Shown here: positions 59,138 through 64,000 of the stretch, in pieces
Layout: each line of letters begins with the position of its first letter
Numbering within the stretch: the first letter of the stretch is position 1
DNA from: Nitrospinales bacterium
Lineage (GTDB): Bacteria > Nitrospinota > Nitrospinia > Nitrospinales > VA-1
DNA: 64,000 bases
NCBI GenBank assembly: GCA_965223795.1
Contig: CBDCXL010000002.1
Location: 1,504,001-1,568,000 of the forward strand
Direction: 5' to 3'
Position numbers and translations under genes: made by a program
The notes under the pieces: model-generated
What the model was told of the DNA's origin: nothing
Database searches by the model: none
What the model saw: only the letters and a program-made list of their open reading frames with translations

Positions 59138-59602
59138 ATGCCGACCCGCTCGATGAAAGTTGTGACACACGCATTCACCATCCTGATCGCCGAAGACGAC
59201 GAAGACGATTATCTGTTGACGCTGGAAGCGTTGAAGGAAGCCGGCGTCAATAATGAAATCCGTTGGGTGAAAGACGGCGAGGAGTTGCTGGAATATCTGA
59301 AAACCGCCTCGAACGGCGGCAACGGATCCGGTTTTCCCGGAATGATTCTTCTGGACCTCAACATGCCGAAGAAAGACGGACGCGAGGTGCTGGAAGAACT
59401 CAAATCGAACCGGGCTTACCGCAGAATTCCGGTCATCGTCATGACCACCTCCAGCGCGGAAACGGACATCGCGCTGTCCTACGAACTGGGTGTCAACTCC
59501 TTCATTCAAAAACCCGTGCATTTTCAGGAACTGGTGAAAGTGTTCCAGACCCTTTCGCATTACTGGTTCGAAACGGTCAAGCTACCCCAGACCACGCATT
59601 GA
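59138..59602 (+). CDS. Single-domain response regulator (Rcp1-like)
   Basis: AEDD, LLDLNMPKKDG, TTS, KPV, C-terminal YWFETVKLP. Confidence 0.93.
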   Translation: MPTRSMKVVTHAFTILIAEDDEDDYLLTLEALKEAGVNNEIRWVKDGEELLEYLKTASNGGNGSGFPGMILLDLNMPKKDGREVLEELKSNRAYRRIPVIVMTTSSAETDIALSYELGVNSFIQKPVHFQELVKVFQTLSHYWFETVKLPQTTH

Positions 59603-59609
59603 CGCCGCC

Positions 59610-60869
59610 ATGAACGACCGCCCGATGAAAATCCTGATCGTCGAGGACGACGAAGACGATATCTTCCTGATTAGGGATTTCATCCGTGAAGGCATCACGG
59701 CCCCTTCTCCCGAAATCGATCACTCATCCAGCTACGAGGACGCGGTCGCCAAACTGGAGGACAGCGACTACGATATCTGCATGTGCGATTACCGGCTGGG
59801 GGCCATGGACGGCATCGCGCTGATCAAAAACCTGCGCGCCCGCAACGTGAACATCCCGATCATCGTGCTGACGGGCCAGGGCGACCAGGAAGTCGCCGTG
59901 GAGGCGATGAAGGCCGGAGCCACCGATTACCTGACCAAGGGAAAACTGTCGGCGGAATCGCTGTCGCACGCGATCCGGTACTCCCTGAAGCTGCACCGGG
60001 AGGCGTCCCGCCGCAAGCAGACCGAAGAGATGCTGAAAAAGTCGCATCAGGATCTGGTGCGCGCCAACAACGATCTCAAGGAATCGATGGCGAAACTGAA
60101 ATCCGCGCAGAAGCAGATCCTGCAATCGGAGAAGCTGGCGGGCATCGGACGTCTCGCCGCGGGCGTGTGCCACGAAATCCTCAATCCCCTGAACATCATT
60201 TCCGGGCACGCGCAGGCCTTGCTGATGGAACGGGAGGAAGACCCCTCCCTGATGGACGACCTGTTTTCCATCACCGAGGAGATCCAGCGCATCGAAAAGA
60301 TCATCAACGGCCTGCTCAAGTTTTCGCGCAAGGGCGACGTGGAACTCATCCGCACCAACATCAACCAGGAACTCGACTCGGTGCTTTCAATCATCGAAAA
60401 GGAGATGAGTCTGGAGGGCATCGAAGTGGTGCGCGAATTCCATGACGAGCTGCCCAGCCTGTACCTCGACAACGACCGCATCCGCCAGGTGTTCCTCAAC
60501 ATCATCAACAACGCCAAATACGCCATGTCCGGCGGCGGCGTGTTCAAGGTGCGCACCGAAGTGGTGACGCGCGACCGCGAGGACGGCGTGAAGTCGAACG
60601 GCGCCGGTTCCGGCCAGGAAGAGAGCCGCCTGCGCATCGAGTTCATCGACAACGGGACCGGCATCAAAAAAGAACATCTGGGGAAAATCTTCGATCCCTT
60701 CTTCACCACCAAGCCGGAAGACAAAGGCACGGGCCTCGGGCTTTCGGTGTCCTACTCGATCATCGAAAAACACGGGGGGACGCTGGAGGTGGAGAGCGAC
60801 GGCAAGACCGGCGCCACCTTCATCATCGAGCTGCCGCTCAACCAGGAGGAAATCGAGATCCCGTCGTGA
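59610..60869 (+). CDS. Hybrid REC-histidine kinase (NtrB-like)
   Basis: REC; SEKLA..GRLAAGVCHEILNPL, FDPFFTTK, GTGLGL. Confidence 0.94.
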   Translation: MNDRPMKILIVEDDEDDIFLIRDFIREGITAPSPEIDHSSSYEDAVAKLEDSDYDICMCDYRLGAMDGIALIKNLRARNVNIPIIVLTGQGDQEVAVEAMKAGATDYLTKGKLSAESLSHAIRYSLKLHREASRRKQTEEMLKKSHQDLVRANNDLKESMAKLKSAQKQILQSEKLAGIGRLAAGVCHEILNPLNIISGHAQALLMEREEDPSLMDDLFSITEEIQRIEKIINGLLKFSRKGDVELIRTNINQELDSVLSIIEKEMSLEGIEVVREFHDELPSLYLDNDRIRQVFLNIINNAKYAMSGGGVFKVRTEVVTRDREDGVKSNGAGSGQEESRLRIEFIDNGTGIKKEHLGKIFDPFFTTKPEDKGTGLGLSVSYSIIEKHGGTLEVESDGKTGATFIIELPLNQEEIEIPS

Positions 60870-62179
60870 CCGACGCCGCACGCAGCGCGGGAAAAAAACG
60901 CAGGCGCTCCCGTCTGCGTCTTTTCACCTACGGGCTGCTCGCCCTGTGGCTGGTCGATTATTTCCTCATCCAGCCCGAACGCCTCAAGGCGGACAAACTG
61001 CCGCCGCCTGCCGATTCTCTCAAACCGCTCGTCACAAAACTCCAACAGCACACGCAGTTTCTGGCATCGGAGAAGCTCAAGGGCCGGGCTCCGGGAACGC
61101 TGGAAAACGCCGAGGCGGCGGAATACATTTTAAACGCGTTCCGGGACATGAAGCTGGCCTCGCCCGCGCCGGACGGCACGATGCTGCAGGAGCTGTCCGA
61201 CGGACTGGGGCACAACGTGTTTGCGGCGCTGCCCGGATTCAATCCGGAACGCGACTGGCTGCTCCTGGGCGCGCATTTCGATCACCTGGGCGAGTGGGAG
61301 GGAAAGACCTACCTGGGCGCGGACGACAACGCCTCGGCGGTGGCGATCCTTCTGGAAACCGCGCGCAGGCTCAAAGCGGCGCCCGCCTTCAAGCGTTACA
61401 ACATCCTGTTCGTGGCGTTCAACTCCGAGGAGTCGCCGTACTTCCTGACGGCGAAGATGGGCTCGTTCCAGTTTTACAACCGCATCGAAAAAACCGGCAT
61501 CGACCCGGAACGCATCCGGCTGGCGGTGATCATGGATCTCATGGGCGGCGTGTTCTGGCGGCCGCTCAAGGACACGCTGTTTGTGCTGGGCGCGGAAAAG
61601 ACCCCGGCTCTCCGGCCGCTCATCGATTCCGTGCACGTGCCGGATCTCGATACGCGGCGGCTGGGCATGTCGATGATCGAAAACGTGCCGCGCGCCGGAA
61701 GCCTGGCGTTCAGCGACTATCAGGTGTTTCGCATCCACGCCATCCCCTACCTGTTTCTGAGTTCCGGGCGCACCCCGCACTACCACCGCACCAGCGACAC
61801 GATGGAGAAGCTCAACCACAACCGCATGGCGAAGACGGTGCATTGGCTGGAACACTTGTTCAACGCACTGGACGGATTCGAGGGACCGTGGACCTACCGC
61901 TGGCGCGGCGAGGATTATGAAACCGATTATAAATCGATCGCGCCGCTGATCGAAACCGCGTCACGCTGGACCACGAAAGTGCCGCAGACCGGGTGGATCA
62001 GCCTGGCCCGGCTCAAGCAGGATCATAAACGCCTGCAAAAAATCGGCGCAAAGCTCAAAGCGGGAACGGCCCCCGACGCCGCGGACGGAGCCGCGATGCA
62101 GCTCGCCTCGATCCGTCTGCAATGCCTGCTCGGAAAAATGGGACCTTGTTTTCTATTGCCGGGGACGAAAGACAATTGA
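60866..62179 (+). CDS. M28 family metallopeptidase
   Basis: GAHFDH, GADDNAS, FNSEE, SDY, YHRTSD. Confidence 0.9.
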   Translation: MTDAARSAGKKRRRSRLRLFTYGLLALWLVDYFLIQPERLKADKLPPPADSLKPLVTKLQQHTQFLASEKLKGRAPGTLENAEAAEYILNAFRDMKLASPAPDGTMLQELSDGLGHNVFAALPGFNPERDWLLLGAHFDHLGEWEGKTYLGADDNASAVAILLETARRLKAAPAFKRYNILFVAFNSEESPYFLTAKMGSFQFYNRIEKTGIDPERIRLAVIMDLMGGVFWRPLKDTLFVLGAEKTPALRPLIDSVHVPDLDTRRLGMSMIENVPRAGSLAFSDYQVFRIHAIPYLFLSSGRTPHYHRTSDTMEKLNHNRMAKTVHWLEHLFNALDGFEGPWTYRWRGEDYETDYKSIAPLIETASRWTTKVPQTGWISLARLKQDHKRLQKIGAKLKAGTAPDAADGAAMQLASIRLQCLLGKMGPCFLLPGTKDN

Positions 62180-62186
62180 AAATCGC

Positions 62187-62591
62187 CTATTCAACGGGCA
62201 AAAACAGGGGTGCGCCTTTGTCACGGACATAAAAGACGAGGAACTCCGCCGGTTGCGTGTCGCTGGCATTCCTTGCGACTTTATGGATGTCCACGGGGGA
62301 TTCATAAAACGTGTCCCCTTTTGTCAGAGTCGCCGGTTCCCGGCCTTCCACTTGCATGACGACCGAACCTTGCAGCACATAAACGAACGTGTGTCCGTTG
62401 TGTCGATGTGCGGGACTCGATTCTCCGGGAGCGAACCGGACCGTCAGGACAACGCCCTCTTTTCCTCGCAGATCGTGCAGGTCCTGCTTTCGAAGCAGGG
62501 TCGTTGCCGCTGGCTCCCCAGCGAACAGGCAAACCGGGGCACTCATCATCACCACTGAAAAAATCACAACCGCCACTCTAAAAACTGACAT
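62187..62591 (-). CDS. Exported cupin-domain protein
   Basis: PG..SPAHRH..FVYVLQG...GDTFYE....H. Confidence 0.9.
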   Translation of the reverse strand: MSVFRVAVVIFSVVMMSAPVCLFAGEPAATTLLRKQDLHDLRGKEGVVLTVRFAPGESSPAHRHNGHTFVYVLQGSVVMQVEGREPATLTKGDTFYESPVDIHKVARNASDTQPAEFLVFYVRDKGAPLFLPVE

Positions 62592-62603
62592 CGGGAAATC
62601 CTC

Positions 62604-63059
62604 CTAAACGGCCACAGTTTGCAACTGAGGTATTTTTCGAAAAGAAACACTCAACCGGTTCCACAGGTTGATCTGACCGATCGCGATTGTCAGGTCGATC
62701 CGTTCCTGCTCGGAAAAGTATTTTTGCACAAGAGCGTAATCCGAGTCGGGGACACGCGTGTCGGCCAGCAGCGTCACCGATTCCGTCCATGCCAGCGCGG
62801 CGCGCTCTTTATCCGTAAAACAGGGTGCTTCCCGCCAGGCAACGACCAGGTTGAGATGGGCGCCCGGGAAGCCGAGTTTTTTCAGTTCACCGTAATGCAT
62901 GTCCACGCAATAGGCGCAGCCGTTGATCTGGGAGGCCCGGAGCTTGACCAGCCCCTGAATCTTCGGATCGAGGCTGGATTTATTGAGGTAGGCCTCCACT
63001 CCGAGAAGCGCTTTCATCGCCGGGTGCGCGGTGCTGTGAAAATCGATACGGGATTTCAT
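62604..63059 (-). CDS. Carboxymuconolactone decarboxylase / AhpD-like protein
   Basis: RASQINGCAYCVDMH, ERAALAWTE, IN.WNRL. Confidence 0.92.
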   Translation of the reverse strand: MKSRIDFHSTAHPAMKALLGVEAYLNKSSLDPKIQGLVKLRASQINGCAYCVDMHYGELKKLGFPGAHLNLVVAWREAPCFTDKERAALAWTESVTLLADTRVPDSDYALVQKYFSEQERIDLTIAIGQINLWNRLSVSFRKIPQLQTVAV

Positions 63060-63098
63060 CTTGTTTTCCTTTTCTCTGGTTTTCAACATGCCCCACCC

Positions 63099-63125
63099 TA
63101 TCACGGATAAAATATATCCGCAATA
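63099..63125. promoter_or_regulatory. Candidate Rrf2 (RsrR-type) operator
   Basis: tatcaCGGATA-aaata-TATCCGcaata inverted repeat between the divergent genes. Confidence 0.6.
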
Positions 63126-63202
63126 TATTTTTTCTTTCGCAACGGTCTTGAGGCATCATTTCCTATCTTGATTGTGCGTATGGGACGTACTATATTTCCG
63201 AC

Positions 63203-63706
63203 ATGAAAATCAGCTCCACCGTAGAATGGGCCATACATTGCTGCTCTCTGCTCGCCGGCTTGCCGAAGGAAACCAGCCTGACGGCAAAAGACCTGGCGGA
63301 ATACCACGGCGTGCCGCATCCCTATCTGGCGAAGGCGCTGCAGACGCTTTCCAGTGACGGGATTTTACGGACCGTCTCCGGCCCGAAGGGGGGCTACCAG
63401 CTGGCGAAAAGGCCGAACCAAATTTCACTGCTCGACATCGTGCTGTCGATCGAAGGAAAGGATTCCTGCTTCGAATGCGACGAGATCCGGCGCCAGGGCC
63501 CTTCCGCACTGGCGCGGAGCCCCTCCTACAAACGGCCCTGCCTGATCGCCTCGGCGATGTGGAACGCGGAAAAGGTATGGCGCCGAGAACTGGACAAAGT
63601 CAAACTGTCGCATTTGGTAGAACAGGTAAAACTCGAGGCCGACCCGCGGCAATTACAAAAGGGACGGGCCTGGATCGAACAAAGAAAAAAACCGAAGCAA
63701 AAATAA
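63203..63706 (+). CDS. Rrf2 family regulator, RsrR-like
   Basis: VEWAIHCC (Glu8/Trp9/His12), GPKGGY, FECDEIR and PCLIA cysteines. Confidence 0.88.
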   Translation: MKISSTVEWAIHCCSLLAGLPKETSLTAKDLAEYHGVPHPYLAKALQTLSSDGILRTVSGPKGGYQLAKRPNQISLLDIVLSIEGKDSCFECDEIRRQGPSALARSPSYKRPCLIASAMWNAEKVWRRELDKVKLSHLVEQVKLEADPRQLQKGRAWIEQRKKPKQK

Positions 63707-64000
63707 TGAATTGGTGCTTCAGAATATTTTCAACGCAAAAAATCGAGCAGGCTGGGCATATATCAGTCAAAATCTGGCGCTTCCAATTGAAAGCTGTTCT
63801 TTATTATTTCGAATGGGTGCTGGGATTGGGACGTATTCTAATGATTCTATCTGTGGGATTGAAATTCGGAATCATTACCATCGTATTCAGCCCGGTAGCT
63901 CCTGTACTTTGGATACCTCTTTTCGAAATTTTCCCACTTGAAGAAACGCTAGGCCGAAGCACGCTTGGAACGGATATCGATTTCGGAAGTTTTCAACTCT

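Noticed and set aside
63706..64000. Open frame from ATG 63706 to the window end
   Set aside because: No recognisable motif and ambiguous strand; cannot be called from this fragment

Overview
This is a mostly GC-rich bacterial chromosomal window with several AT-richer accessory blocks. The gene content looks Nitrospinota-like to me, which is an unverified impression. (1) 786-12277 is a complete ~11.4 kb element integrated in tRNA-Thr(CGT), with a 47-bp att duplication and paired arm-type repeats. Its core is int, xis and a Rep_trans-like gene whose catalytic residues all appear replaced. Its stress cargo is GH15, GT4, a cold-shock protein, a broken rpsU copy, small ORFs and NhaA, and it contains an internal tRNA-Ala att relic. 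(2) The host region has an isoaspartyl peptidase, a purD locus that is an indel-riddled mosaic of two oppositely oriented purD sequences (probably an assembly artefact), an amino-acid ABC transporter, TetR, CheY, a TMTC-like glycosyltransferase and tmRNA (tag ANDYEVAVAA). (3) A Wzx/Wzy polysaccharide cluster follows, with wzy frameshifted in a G7 tract and a divergent Wzc-VanZ fusion. (4) Two paralogous secreted Cys-rich proteins lie behind an orphan, highly structured ~170-200 nt non-coding element resembling an IS110-type non-coding (bridge) RNA. (5) A putative metal-uptake operon is led by a CruR/DUF2946-like uORF (TBDT, BNR protein, amidohydrolase, exbBDD-tonB, DxDxDG-repeat protein). (6) The end carries c-di-GMP and two-component genes, a Pal with five internal repeats, an M28 peptidase and an RsrR-like regulator with a candidate operator. 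All calls come from reading motifs by eye; no searches or folding programs were run.
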